A stretch of DNA of 64,000 nt from positions 75,392,001 through 75,456,000 of the forward strand of contig NC_135815.1 of the NCBI RefSeq assembly GCF_964213995.1, read 5' to 3'. The notes below the pieces were generated by a model, which was not told the origin of the DNA, did not search any database, and was given only the letters and a program-made list of their open reading frames with translations. The first letter of the stretch is position 1; each line of letters starts with the position of its first letter. The position numbers and the translations under genes are program-made. This stretch comes from Mustelus asterias (lineage: Eukaryota). Of this stretch, positions 1-12,147 are shown piece after piece.

Positions 1-345
1 GAAAGATGGAGACTGAAGGGCGACCTGATAGAAGTTTATAAAATTATGAGGGGCAGAGATAGGGTTGGAAGCTTTTTCCCAGGGCAGAAATGACAATTAC
101 AAGGGGGCACAAGTTCAAGGTAAGGCAGTAAAGGTTCAGTGGAGATGTGCGGGGTAAGTTTTTTACACAGAGGGTAATGGGGGCCTGGAATGCACTGCCA
201 AGTGGGGTGGTTGAGGCAGACACATTAGCGACATTTAAGACTTATCTGGATAGACATATGAACAGGCGGTTGGTCTAGATAGGACAACGTGATCGGCGCA
301 GGTTTGGAGGGCCAAAGGACCTGTTCCTGTGCTGTACTGTTCTTT
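1..345 (+). mobile_element. 3' end of a CR1 LINE (ORF2 C-terminus and 3' UTR)
   Basis: RRWRLKGDLIEVYKIMRG motif, followed by the conserved CR1 terminal motif GGGCCAAAGGACCTGTTCCTGTGCTGTACTGTTCT. Confidence 0.85.
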
Positions 346-804
346 GAAGGGGACTTTCTTCTGTCCCTGGCCCCTCTCTGGAACTCGACTTTTGGAAACC
401 CACCCTGTCCCTTCTCTCTTTGGGACCCATCTCTTTCCCCTGCCTGGGACTTTTCTTCTCAATGGTGCACTGCTCCCAGTCACCTGAACCAGAGTTTTAG
501 CGCCCCTTTTCTTCTGGGCCCAATAAACAAAAAAAAGTACTTATCTGCATACACCCAGCCCACTTCCGGCCTGTGTATGTTCAAGAGCTCCGAGGTCCGT
601 CAGGCGTTCAACTTCCGAGATAGGTTTGATTTTCATAACCCTCTAAGATGTAGGCCATCGGGTCCTAGGAATTTGACAGCTTTTCATCCCTTACGTTTCT
701 CCGATACTTTTCCTCTGCTCATGTTAATTACTCTTACTTTCCTCCATTAGTCTCTTTCTGGTACATAACATGTATGTATCTTTTACTATGAAGAAAGAAA
801 CAAA

Positions 805-939
805 GGGTGCGATCTTATGGCCATTCACGCCACGCTCCTGCTGCAGCAAAGTCGGAAAATTTGGCACCTGGTCAAATCTTTGTTCACTGCAGCAGGATGG
901 GAAAATCCTGCCAGTGTGAATGGCCATAACATTCCAGCC
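805..939. mobile_element. Small MITE (PIF/Harbinger-like) inside a degenerate minus-strand CR1 fragment (~690-1535)
   Basis: Imperfect ~26-nt terminal inverted repeats (GGGTGCGATCTTATGGCCATTCACGC / GTGTGAATGGCCATAACATTCCAGCC), an internal inverted CTGCTGCAG/CTGCAGCAG pair, and AAA on both flanks. Confidence 0.6.
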
Positions 940-2309
940 AAAATATTTGTTCAATATCTCTGCATTCCTCATTGATGATTTCTTCTGTCTCTGCCTCTGA
1001 GGGCCCAACATTTACTTTAGTTATTCTCCTTTTTTAAATACTTATGCAGGCTCTTACAATCTGCTTTTATATTCCCGGCTTGTTTATACTCATTTACTCA
1101 TTCCCTTTTTATCAATCTTTTTGTTGCCCTTGCCCTTCTCTAAAGAAACTCCCAATCTTCAGGCTTACTATTGTTCTTTACAACATTGTAAGCCTCTTCC
1201 TTTCATCTAATACTAGATTTAACTTTACTAGTAAGCCATGGATAGATCTTTTTTGTTGAATTCTTTGTTTTTCAATGAAATGTATTTTTGTTGAACATTT
1301 TGAATTGTTTATTTAAATTTTTCTCCTTTTATTTACCGTCATTACCTTTTTAGTCTATTTACCCAATTAACATTTGCCAGCTCTCGCCTCATGCCTGTAT
1401 AATTGGCTTTAAGTTTAAGTTTCTTATTTGAGACTGGAGTATGTTGCCTTCAAAATTAATATGGAATTTAATTGTATAATGATTTTTTTCCATTAATGAA
1501 ATTATCTCATGACTTCCCTGTTCATCACAAGTTCCAAATGGAGAGAAAATTGTGAGCTGGGGGTCCAATTTTCCAGTGTGGGTTCCTTGCATGAGGTTTA
1601 AATTTAGAAGTGGAAAATATGTACTATTAATGACTTTTCCAATTTAACAATCATTAGTATTAAAGATAGATTTGCATAAACAAATAAATACCCCACAAGC
1701 TCTTTGTAATTAATCTTTTATAGTTTCCAAGATATGGATATAAAAAATATACTAATGCTGTAACACTGATTCAGAAGAAAAATTACTTCTTAATTACTGA
1801 AATAAACAAACACGTGACCAGAATAAAACTCCATTCTCAATAAACAATCTTTTTATTAATATTTTTTGTTAACAGCAGGAAAACAGCAATCCAGGGTGTT
1901 GCTGATCACTTGCATGTTCTAAAACTGAAATTCATTGTTATTGATCTTTTGCATGTATAAATGAGACAGTAGATTACATCAGGGCAAAACAGAACTTAGT
2001 GCTAGAGGTTCATCTGTTCTTATTTTTTAGTAAAATGATGCACTTAAAACCAACATGATGTACAAATCATTCAATTTCACCACTGCCATTCCTCCTTCCT
2101 GAATCTGTCCAGAAATCATGGGCAGCACAAGTCAGGAGGAAGCCATTTCCAGTGATAATTTGATGTTTATGTTATTCCTTAAACCTTTCAAATTCAAAAA
2201 ATCTTTGACCAAATGTTTGGTGAACTTTCCGAATGTCTCATTGTTTGGTTTCGATTTGTGGTTCTGTGAAGCATCTTGGGGTGTTTTCTAGGTTTCTTGG
2301 ATATTTAAA

Positions 2310-3145
2310 TGCAGGGCCACTCAGCTCCTGACTTCATTACAGCCTTAGCCCAAATATGGACAGATAAGGTGAGGGTGACTGCCCTTGACATCAAGACAGT
2401 ATTTGACCGTGTGTAGCATCAAGGAGCCCTAGCAAAACTGGAGTCAGTGGGAATCAGGGGAAAATTGTCAATTGGTTGGAGTCATACCTGGCACAAAGGA
2501 AGATGGCTGTTTGGCATTCAATCATTTAAATCGCAGGAAATCATTGCAAGATTTCCTAAGGGTAGAATCTGAGGCCCAACCATCACCAGTTGCTTTATCA
2601 ATGTCCTTGGATTAAAGCAAATTACTGCGGATGCTGGAATCTGAAACCAAAACCAGCTTTGACAAAGGGTCATCTGGACTCGCAACGTCAGCTCGTTTCT
2701 CTCCTTTCAGATGCTGCCAGATCTGCTGAGATTTTCAAGCATTTTCTCTTTTGGTTATCCATTACTTTCCCTCCATCATAAGGTCAGGAGTGGGGATGTT
2801 CGTTGATTGCACAATTTTCAGCACCATTCATGAATCCTCAGATACTGAAGCAGTCCATCCCCCAATGCAGCAAGAGCTGGATAAATCCAGACTTTGGCTG
2901 ACAGGTGCAAGCAACATTCTCACCACACAAATGCCAGAAAATGGCCTAACAAGAGAGAATCCAATGATCTCCCCTTGACGACATTCAATTGCACTATAAT
3001 CACTGAATGCCCCATTATCAACATTCTGAGGGTTACTATTAATCAGAAACTGAAGTGAAGCAGCCATATGAATGCTCCGGCTACAAGAGCAGGTCAGACA
3101 CCAGGAATTCTCCTGACTCCCAAAAACCTGTCCACCATCTACAAA
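2310..3145 (+). mobile_element. Degenerate LINE reverse transcriptase fragment (CR1/L2/Crack-group, same family as 27390-30190), interrupted by a PLE-derived insert
   Basis: Frames give VTALDIKTVFDRV*HQGALAKLESVGIRGK. Nucleotide sequence matches the reverse complement of ~27900-28520. Confidence 0.7.
2613..2756. mobile_element. Miniature PLE pseudo-LTR insertion (second PLE family) with 32-nt tail and degenerate hammerhead
   Basis: Tail TAAAGCAAATTACTGCGGATGCTGGAATCTGA, then an 8-nt arm AACCAAAA that is the inverse of the terminal TTTTGGTT. Hammerhead-like core at 2655-2693. Homologous to 9301-9432. Confidence 0.6.
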
Positions 3146-3495
3146 GCATTCTCTGCCCCTTCTGCTGGCCTACCTATGTTCTGTTGCTGTTAATTTGTAT
3201 CATCACTCCAAGTTGTGTATCATCAGCACATTTAAATTTTTTATTCTCTATTCCAATGTCCAAGTTATTGATATAAACGAAAAAAGCAGTAGTCTTAGCA
3301 CTGACAATTGGGGAACACTACTGTTGACCATCCTGCACCATGAAAAATAACCACTTTGCACAACTTGCTGATTCCTGTCCTTAAGCCAATTTTTGATCCA
3401 AGCTGACACCGCCTATTCCATGAGCCACAATTTTATTAATCAACCTTTTATGTGGTACTTTGTCAAATGCTTTCTTAACATCCACCTAGACAACA

Positions 3496-5655
3496 GGGGT
3501 GATTTTTGAGCCCGTACTCTCCTTGCACAAGATCGATGGCACATGCGTAAAATTTGGAGACACCCAGAAAACGCAATTCCCGCCGGCGAGTTTGAGTTCC
3601 GGTCTTCCAGGCTTCCCCTCCAGCAGGTGGCATGAAACACCCCACAGGATTCCATGAACCTCATTTTAATACATTACCATATCATTCATGGGCAACTCTC
3701 TCCAGAATTTCCCCCCCACTCGCTAGATATTCAGTGGGTGCCGGTGTGACATCATGCTGGTGCTATTTACAACAGGTCCACATAAGCATGAACCTGGCGA
3801 CCTCAGCTCCGAAGGGAATTTTGGAGGTGAGCACTCAGGCAGCCATCACCCTCCAGAATGTTCACTGTTCAGGGGGCACCGGAGAGGATCTCCTCTGTGT
3901 CCAGGGCTGGAGGTGTGTCGCTCACGGTGAGTTGGGTGTCAGATGGATTGGAGACACTTAGGGTCCTCTGGGGTGGAGGGCCCTAGGCTATACTCCTGCT
4001 GATTCTTTTCCTTTCAGGTTCCTGAAAGCCCCTGTGCTCCTCCATGGAATGGAGGGGAAGCTGAATTGAGATTCAGAAGCCCTACCATCCTCTGGCGCTG
4101 ATACTTGTGAATTCCCACCAGTGCCTGCACCATGCAGTTGAAGCACTGCACCTTGGTTCTCTCGCCCTTAGATATGGAGATCATGAGCTGAACCATGATG
4201 CTGACATCAGAGTTAATATCCTGTGTCAGGTCTCCACTGTGAACGCCAGCCTCATAGTGTTAACCTTGTTGCACTGAAGTGACGGCACCATCTCCTCAAG
4301 TAGAAGGCAATGGGACTCCTCCAGTTGACTTTGCAGTCCGAGGAGGGATACTGCCAACCCTTCCTGATATTCAGACTCTGCCTTTGTAGCTCCAACAGTT
4401 GTTGAATGACTGGACACAGGGCACATCATTGGCCCGGGGCTCAGAGTCCTTAGCTCCAGCATCCCTCCAAGTGCTGGTTCCCTGGGACATTTCTGCCTCC
4501 GCCTGCTGTAGATCTTCAGCTGTGAGGTGCTCACCCATGAGTGATCCAGAAGCCTGCCTACTTGGTGAACCCACCTAGTTGTGAGTATCTGTGGTGGTGC
4601 CAAGTGCAGGTAACAGCTGTGGCGCCTCTTCTGTGGTGGGTTGAAGAAGTTTCCCTTGGAGCTGTTTATGTCCAGTGGGTCCTGGGGATGTGAGGATTCT
4701 CCAGCCTGCTCAGCCTGCAAGAGAAGGGAGATGGCATTAATGCATTACAGGGGATAAAGGAAGGAATATTGATTACTCACTTGAGACTTGAGAAATGACA
4801 GTGTGTCTTGAGGATTCTCATGTTTGTCTGCTGCCGCCACTTCACCAGCAGCACAGGTACAGTCTTTCTCCACCCCAGCTAGCTCAAGCGCTTTATCCTC
4901 AAAACACATGAGGGATCTAAGCTCAAGGATGACTCCAGCTGGCTGCTCCAGCTTGACTCCAGCTGGCTGTACCTGCTCAGGTACTTGTTGGAGTTGAGTT
5001 TGTTTTGCAATGACACATAGGAGAGTGTAGGTGGGAGTGGTGAGATTGAAAATGGTGATGAGGTGTGGCAGTGGGAGCTGCAGTTTGAAGAGCATAGCAG
5101 CTACTGGGGGGAACATGGTGATTGTGGGAGGGCCTCATTACTGGTTTTGGCAACCCTCAAGGAGGCTGGGTGAGAGATAGCGTTGGAGTTGCAAGGGGAT
5201 CAGAGAGAGACTGGAGGTGGTTCACTTACCCGTGCTGAGCAAAGATTGTTCATCTCCTTCCAATACTACTGCCCCGTCCTCTTCTAGAGTGAGCCAGCAC
5301 TCAAGGGCTGCCACTGCATCCCAGGCGGTGGTGGATCCCACCTCTGTTACACTTCAGTCAGCATTCTGGTGAGGGCTCCCTCTGAAAAACGAGGTGCAGA
5401 CATCTTGTCTACCATCTCCTGGAACAGATCTGGAACAAGTTTTGGGGAAAACTGGAGAGCTGTTTATATGGAGCTCAGTTGTGGTGGGGCGGGCGAATCA
5501 GAGGGAACATGCTGCCAGTGCAGTGTGATTCTCATGGGCGTTAAAATTTTCATTAACGAGGCATAAGATTTGGTCCAAAATCACGTCAGCAGGAATCACT
5601 CCATTTTTTTTGCACTGGAACCAATACTCTGCCATATTTTGGTAAGATTCCACCC
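3496..5655 (-). mobile_element. Non-autonomous PIF/Harbinger element carrying a decayed, spliced Myb/SANT-like gene, inserted in a minus-strand CR1 (~3205-3495 and ~5656-6530)
   Basis: Termini GGGGTGATTTT / AAGATTCCACCC. Minus-strand exon 5403-5230 reads MSAPRFSEGALTRMLTEV*...AWDAVAA... and ends at a GTAAGT donor. A later exon has LELRSLMCFEDKALELAG. CR1 sequence resumes across the insertion. Confidence 0.65.
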
Positions 5656-7020
5656 AGCACCATTGCATTCCCTCCATCAATCTTTTCTGTTACATCATCA
5701 AAAATTTCAGTTTGATTAGTCAAGCACAATCTGCATTTAGAAATTTGTGCTGCCTCTCCTTAATTAACTCAAACCTCTCCCGGTGCAAGATGACTTTTTC
5801 TTGATTATTGTCTTTAAAAACTTATCCACCACTGGTGTTAAACTAACCTTACCTTTCTTGAACGAGGGTATCACATTTGTCACCACAATTCTCTGGTGGA
5901 TCTAGGGAAGAGCAGAAGATTATGGAAAATCCTTCTGCTATCTCCATCCCCACTTTCTTTAGCAACATGGAATGTAAGCCATTTGGATCAAGCAACTTTA
6001 CACTAAGCGTAGGTAACCTTTCTAGTTTCTCCTGCCTTTCAATTTTCCCTTCATTGCCTCTACCATCTCTGCTTCTACTTATATTTTTGTCAGCTTCCAC
6101 TTCCTTCAAAGTACCAGTTCAAAATACTCACCTTGTCCTGCACTTCTAATCATACATCACCCTTTTCAGCCCTTGCAGGACCCATTCTACCTCTAAGTAC
6201 CTACTTAATTATTTACATACTGGTCACAGATTTTTGGGTTCCTTTTTATGTTGGCTACCATTAAATTTTCATATTTACTTTTTGATAGTTCTATTTTCGT
6301 TTTCACTTCCTCTCTCAAATTGGATCTGAACTGGTTCTCACTTGAAGAATTCATTTGTCATGCATCATATTTTGTTTCATCATATTCTCCCTCCCCCTCA
6401 TCATGCAAGGTGTGATGGCTTTTGGCCCCCTATTTTTCACCCTTGTTGGAATATACATAGTAGATTCTAACTGCAGCATCTCCTCTTTAAAGATCATCCT
6501 TGTTTAGAGTTTTTCCTGTCAGTCATTGGCTCCATTTGTTGAAGTGGAAACTTTCCTGCTTCTTGACTGTGATAGAAAAACTCAACAAAGTTTGTTCAGA
6601 CAAAATAACAAGCCTTTATTTGCGAAAAGACTGCACGCAGTATATGGCTGAAACTTGAGGTCAGAGAGCAGTTGGTACAACTGCTGATTCTTCCACAAGT
6701 CCGCAATTACACAGAGAAACGGTTCAGTATTTATACATAATTATTATCAGTTTTCGTGACCAGAGCATATTCAGGAATTCGATTAGTAATAGAATCGTGA
6801 GCAATATCATTAATCAGGTTTTAACTTGCTGACCTCCCAGAACTCGTTGTCCCATTATTCATATCCTTATCTTGTCCTTTGATGTAACAGAAAAAGGACG
6901 GTGACTCCTTCATCTCTGACCTTATCTGGTCTTGGTCATACTGGCCTAGTCAATCTTAGTGCAGTCAGCGGGCTATGCCGAGGTTGTGAGTTTCAGCCTC
7001 ACCTGGAGCAGATATTTTGG

Positions 7021-7325
7021 AGCGGCACGTTGGCACAGAGGTTAGCACTGCTGCCTCATAGCACCAGGGACCCAGGTTCGATTCCCGGCTTGGGTCACTG
7101 TCTGTGAGGAGTCTGCACGTTCTCCCCGTGTTTGCGTGGGTTTCTTCCGGGTGCTCTGGTTTCCTCACGCAGTCCGAAAGACATGCTGATTAGGTGCATT
7201 GGCCGTGCTAAATTCTCCCTCAGTGCACTCGAACAGCTGCCCAAGTGGCGAGTAGGGGATTTTCGCAGTAACTTCATTGCAGTGTTAATGTAAATCTACT
7301 TGTGACACGAACAAATAAACTTTTT
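7021..7325 (+). mobile_element. tRNA-derived SINE
   Basis: A box TGGCACAGAGG, B box GGTTCGATTCC and an AT-rich tail AAATAAACTTT. Near-identical copies at 24570-24870 and 58322-58617. Confidence 0.9.
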
Positions 7326-8410
7326 TAAAAATTGAAAATTTAGAATTTCTGTTGGATTAAGTTATTTTGTATTTTACAAAAGACTTTTAACTTTTGTTCC
7401 AAAGTTATCAAAGTATATATCTGCTGTACAAATGATTGCACCCAGATGTAAAATTTCTTTGTACTTCCTTTACTGCTATGCAATCGATGAAATTCGAGAT
7501 TTACCATTCTGAAGCTACATTTTAAGTGACAATTTTATGTGCTCTGTGTACTACTGAAATGAAATCTACCAACTTATTTCAATGAAGAGTTGAATAAATA
7601 AATTTTGGATCCTCCAGTAATTAAAACTATCTTGCTAATGTAACTGTACTTTGAGTTAAATTTGAATCACAAAAAAAAAGTCAAAACAACAATCTATGGG
7701 TGCAGCTAGAACAATAGGTTAGATGAAAACTATTTTCAGGCAATGAACTGTCAATGCCTTAAACTAGTTTTCACAAATATCAAATCCATAAGAAAAGCTG
7801 ATTCAACTCTTCAATGCCTACAGAAAGCTTTGTTTTGCTCACTAATACTTTGGCAACTGTGGCTGTTGCAGAAAAAAATGGTTAACTCTTCAAGGATAAG
7901 AGTTGTTTGGTTATCAACTTATCAGGATGCAGTAGTAGAGCTTCATTGTATCATCAACAACAGTTCACACCCACCCTAAAAGACAAAAAAAACAGTTCAC
8001 ACCCATGTCATGTTAGGAAAACAATAGGCATAAAAACTGACAAATGTAGGATTTTGTTACACTTCAGTGTCTTCTTACAAAGCTGGGTGCATATTTAACT
8101 CAGATGTGTCTCTATTTTACACCTGCCTTTTGTAATCTAACACAAGTTGCAAAAAGTAAAGAATCTGATTCGGCCCAGGTGTACACCCATCTCCATACTA
8201 GTTAATGTGTGGTGAATTGTAAATTCAAAATTACAGTTAGAGGCATTTCACTTTCAGAGCACAGACTTCCAACAGGACAAATAGTTGATGGTGTGGCATT
8301 AAGCCAAGCAGCTTCATGAAGATTGAATCTCACTGTCAGTAACAACAATTATTGCACTTTTATATAATGCTTGTAATATAATAAAACATCTTAAGATGCT
8401 TCATGAGAAC

Positions 8411-8674
8411 TGTGATAACCCCCAGGGGTTATCCAAGTTGCATGAGGAATCACTGATTGACCTCCCTGTAGGACTCGCAGAATACAAGCTTCCTGATTGG
8501 CAATTAACTTACCAGGTGGAGCTCGTATATTGAGCCCTTTATAAAGCAGGCCCCTGAGTGAGTCCATTGTTATGTTGCCCTGGCTTGTGTTCACCACAGG
8601 CTTGTGGTTTTGCTTTTCTTTATTTTGTGCAATAAAGCACTGTTCCTTTACAGCTGACTCCGGGAGTTATAATA
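8411..8674 (+). mobile_element. Solo LTR (Gypsy-type), 264 bp
   Basis: Termini TGTGATAAC...GTTATAATA, 5-bp TSD AGAAC (8406-8410 / 8675-8679), internal TATAAA and AATAAA. Motifs resemble the LTR at 60301-60535. Confidence 0.75.
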
Positions 8675-9300
8675 AGAACAGATGTGTGAATAAATGACCC
8701 AGTGAAAGATAGAGGGGTTTGAACTTTGATCAGCGACTGTATTTTATGTGGGGACAGATAGTTCACCATCCCTGGAAACAAAGTCAGGTGGAAACTGACT
8801 CACTCCATGCAAACCCATCCTGCAACCATAATATGTTGCAAGCGGGCTAAATTGGTGGAAAGTGGGGCTTTTGCCCCTCAGTGGAGAGGAAGTCCCACCC
8901 TCAGGAGCTGCCGTCTAATTGGTTTGGTCAGCAGCTCTAGCAGCACTAAGAGCTCATTAGTGAACGCTGCCAGAACTAACCACGAAGGAAGCCCAATGGA
9001 TCCCAGGATACTGGGTGCAGAGGGTTAGGCCAGCTCAGGAAGGGAGGTTGGGAGTTGGTGGGTTTTGAGCGCAGGTGGGTAGTAAGAAAGGGAGGGTACT
9101 ACTTAGGCTGCTGCTTCCTGATGCACAAAGGGCAAATGTCTGAGAGTAGTACCCCCTTTATTCCTGCCCTTTTAAAAACCTCTATATAAAGTCAGCCTAC
9201 TCAGAGTTTTAAGATTGATTTACAACTTCACAAGAATAATGTATTATTATAAGTCATTCTCTGCACCAGTTTTCTTTTCTTTGGCTTGTTAACAAGCGTT

Positions 9301-9432
9301 GAACTTTGACGAAGGGTCATCCAGACTCTCAACGCTAGCTCTATTCTCTCTCCACAGATGCTGTCAGACCTGAAATTTTCAAGGATTTTTGAGGTTTTTT
9401 CAGATTCCAACATCTGCAGTAATTTGCTTTTA
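9301..9432 (+). mobile_element. PLE pseudo-LTR 3' end (second family) with degenerate hammerhead and tail
   Basis: GAACT-TTGACGA-A-GGGTC-atcca-GACTC-TCAA-CGCT-AGCTC, ending in TCAGATTCCAACATCTGCAGTAATTTGCTTT, which is the near reverse complement of the 2613 tail. Confidence 0.6.
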
Positions 9433-10870
9433 TTTTATATCAATTAACCCTTGATTATTTGCATATGGTGAGTGGGTTGCAAATTCTAGCGTCCACCCAC
9501 CTACTGTTATGGGGATGAGCTTTGAGGTGGGCGGGAAGGTGGCAGGCACCTATTTTATGATCCCCCCCCCGCCCCCCCCCCCCCCCAAACACAGAAAAGC
9601 TAGCAATATATAGGTGGAAAGTTTGTTCACAGACTATGTCGATTCTCCAGTGGGCGGACAGTGCCACTGCCCATACTGCCCATTACTTGTACGGCCCACA
9701 CATCATTCTCGATAATAATGCCATGCTGACCACCCAGGTAATAGCTTGCATTGCATTGCTGCGCAAACAAATTCTATACTCACCCCCCACCCCACCATCC
9801 ACAAGAGTTTTAAGGTTGCTTTACAACTTCACTTGTGTTAATACAAGTTATTCTCTCTGCATCAACCAGTTTTCTTTGTCCTGGATCAAGAATGGTATTT
9901 GAACTAGATTTCCTGCTATTCATGGCCATTAGACAAAAAATCCACTTCATGGATATCACAACAATTATATATATATATATTATATATATTGGCAATCTCT
10001 CGCAGCCTAACCAGCAGTTTTTAAAGGGACTGCTGAGGGCCACCATGTTAGTATTCTTTCATGAACAAAATGCATTTTCTCTCTTACTGTCTGTAATCAG
10101 TATTTTGCATGGAAAGAGGTGTGTGTGTCTTTTCTTATCCTTTATTCTAATTCAATGCAGAGCAAGCTTTTGAGTTTAAAATAAAGAGGTTGTTTATTCT
10201 CACATTTACCTCGAGTTAATGTGATGTCACACACTTGGTGCCATGCATGTACATACATATGCACACAGACACACTCTCACTGCATTTTTACAGATTATAT
10301 TAATTCTGTCTCATAGACAGTTTCTGGTCTCCCACATAGCAAGCTGGGCTCCCACATTGGTTTCCTGGATGGATGTGATGATTTAAAGTTGAAGTGAGGG
10401 TCTTGTAAAGTCAAGTCTTCACAGCAGATTGTGATGTTTCTTGCAGTCGAAAAAAGATATCTAAAAGGTTGGTTCTCAGGCGGACTTTGAAACTGGAACA
10501 GTTTAAGTACATTGAAACTAGCTACAAGTCATCAAGTAGCCAGAGTCTGGGTTTCAGTCTGGCTGACAACTGATGGTTCTTATGGATCTGCTGGATCCTG
10601 GGGTAATAAAGATGGGAGTCCCTGAAACCAGCTTCAATCACATTGCCACTGGGTCAACACTTATGAGGCCTACCCTGTCACTGATGCAACGGGAAGTTGA
10701 TAGTCACCTTTGTTTTTGATCTTCCCTTTTTTGTCCATGAAACATGGAAACAGGCAGTCTGGAAACTCCTTGTCTTTAGATGTTGGCCCATCCTTACACA
10801 ATGAGACACTGAGATATGTGAATTTCACAAATAGCTGTGAGGTCCCCTCAACTATGTCTACATTTAATTA

Positions 10871-11975
10871 TGATGTGGAGATGCCGGCGTTGGACTGGGG
10901 TAAACACAGTAAGAAGTTTAACAACACCAGGTTAAAGTCCAACAGGTTTATTTGGTAGCAAAAGCCACACAAGCTTTCGGAGCTGCAAGCCCCTTCAGGT
11001 GAGTGGGAATTCTGTTCACAAACAGAGCATATAAAGACACAAACTCAATTTACATGAATAATGGTTGGAATGCGAATACTTACAACTAATCAAGTCTTTA
11101 AGAAACAAAACAATGTGAGTGGAGAGAGCATCAAGACAGGCTAAAAAGATGTGTATTGTCTCCAGACAAGACAGCCAGTGAAACTCAGTGAAACTCTGTG
11201 GGGGTTACAAATAGTGTGCCATGAACCCAATATCCTGGTTGAGGCCGTCCTCGTGTGTGCGGAACTTGGCTATCAGTTTCTGCTCAGCGACTCTGCGCCG
11301 TCGTGTGTCGCGAAGGCCGCCTTGGAGAACGCTTAACCGAATATCAGAGGCCGAATGCCCGTGACCGCTGAAGTGCTCCCCAACAGGAAGAGAACAGTCT
11401 TGCCTGGTGATTGTCGAGCGGTGTTCATTCATCCGTATGCAGACGCTGCGACAATGGATGAATGAACACCGCTCGACAATCACCAGGCAAGACTGTTCTC
11501 TTCCTGTTGGGGAGCACTTCAGCGGTCACGGGCATTCGGCCTCTGATATTCGGGTAAGCGTTCTCCAAGGTGGCCTTCGCGACACACGACGGCGCAGAGT
11601 CGCTGAGCAGAAACTGATAGCCAAGTTCCGCACACACGAGGACGGCCTCAACCGGGATATTGGGTTCATGGCACACTATTTGTAACCCCCACAGAGTTTC
11701 ACTGGCTGTCTTGTCTGGAGACAATACACATCTTTTTAGCATGTCTTGATGCTCTCTCCACTCACATTGTTTTGTTTCTTAAAGACTTGATTAGTTGTAA
11801 GTATTCGCATTCCAACCATTATTCATGTAAATTGAGTTTGTGTCTTTATATGCTCTGTTTGTGAACAGAATTCCCACTCACCTGAAGAAGGGGCTTGCAG
11901 CTCCGAAAGCTTGTGTGGCTTTTGCTACCAAATAAACCTGTTGGACTTTAACCTGGTGTTGTTAAACTTCTTACT
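10871..11975. mobile_element. Penelope-like element, 5'-truncated, with inverted pseudo-LTRs forming a ~1.07-kb near-perfect palindrome
   Basis: 37-nt tail (10871-10907), arms 10908-11434 and 11456-11975, 21-nt spacer, TSD ACATTTAATTA (10860-10870 / 11976-11986). Both arms encode the GIY-YIG C-terminus (MNEHRSTITRQDCSLPVGEHF...EQKLIAKFRTHEDGLN). Confidence 0.93.
11879..11915 (+). ncRNA. Minimal type I hammerhead ribozyme motif in a PLE pseudo-LTR
   Basis: CAC-CTGAAGA-A-GGGGC-ttgca-GCTCC-GAAA-GCTT-GTG. Contains the core boxes CUGANGA and GAAA, a 5-bp stem II, stem I CAC/GTG, a palindromic AAGCTT stem III, and a predicted CUU cleavage triplet. Confidence 0.8.
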
Positions 11976-12147
11976 ACATTTAATTAGGCATTCACCAGAA
12001 ATTTGATACTGTCTGTCGTCCAAATGCCAAAAGTCACATGATTTGCAGCAGGCATCTTATCAGCCTGTTTGTACCCGATTTTAAAAATATTGACAAACTT
12101 CAAAATATGAATTTATATTCACTTACGGGATGTGGGTGTCATTGGTT

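Noticed and set aside
7021-7100. tRNA gene (A and B boxes), also at ~24570, ~54940 and ~58600
   Set aside because: These are SINE heads that continue into shared SINE bodies and tails. I could not see a complete cloverleaf with a terminator.
10908-11975. DNA transposon or foldback element with long TIRs
   Set aside because: The arms encode a PLE GIY-YIG C-terminus and pLTR, and the one-sided 37-nt tail is a PLE hallmark.
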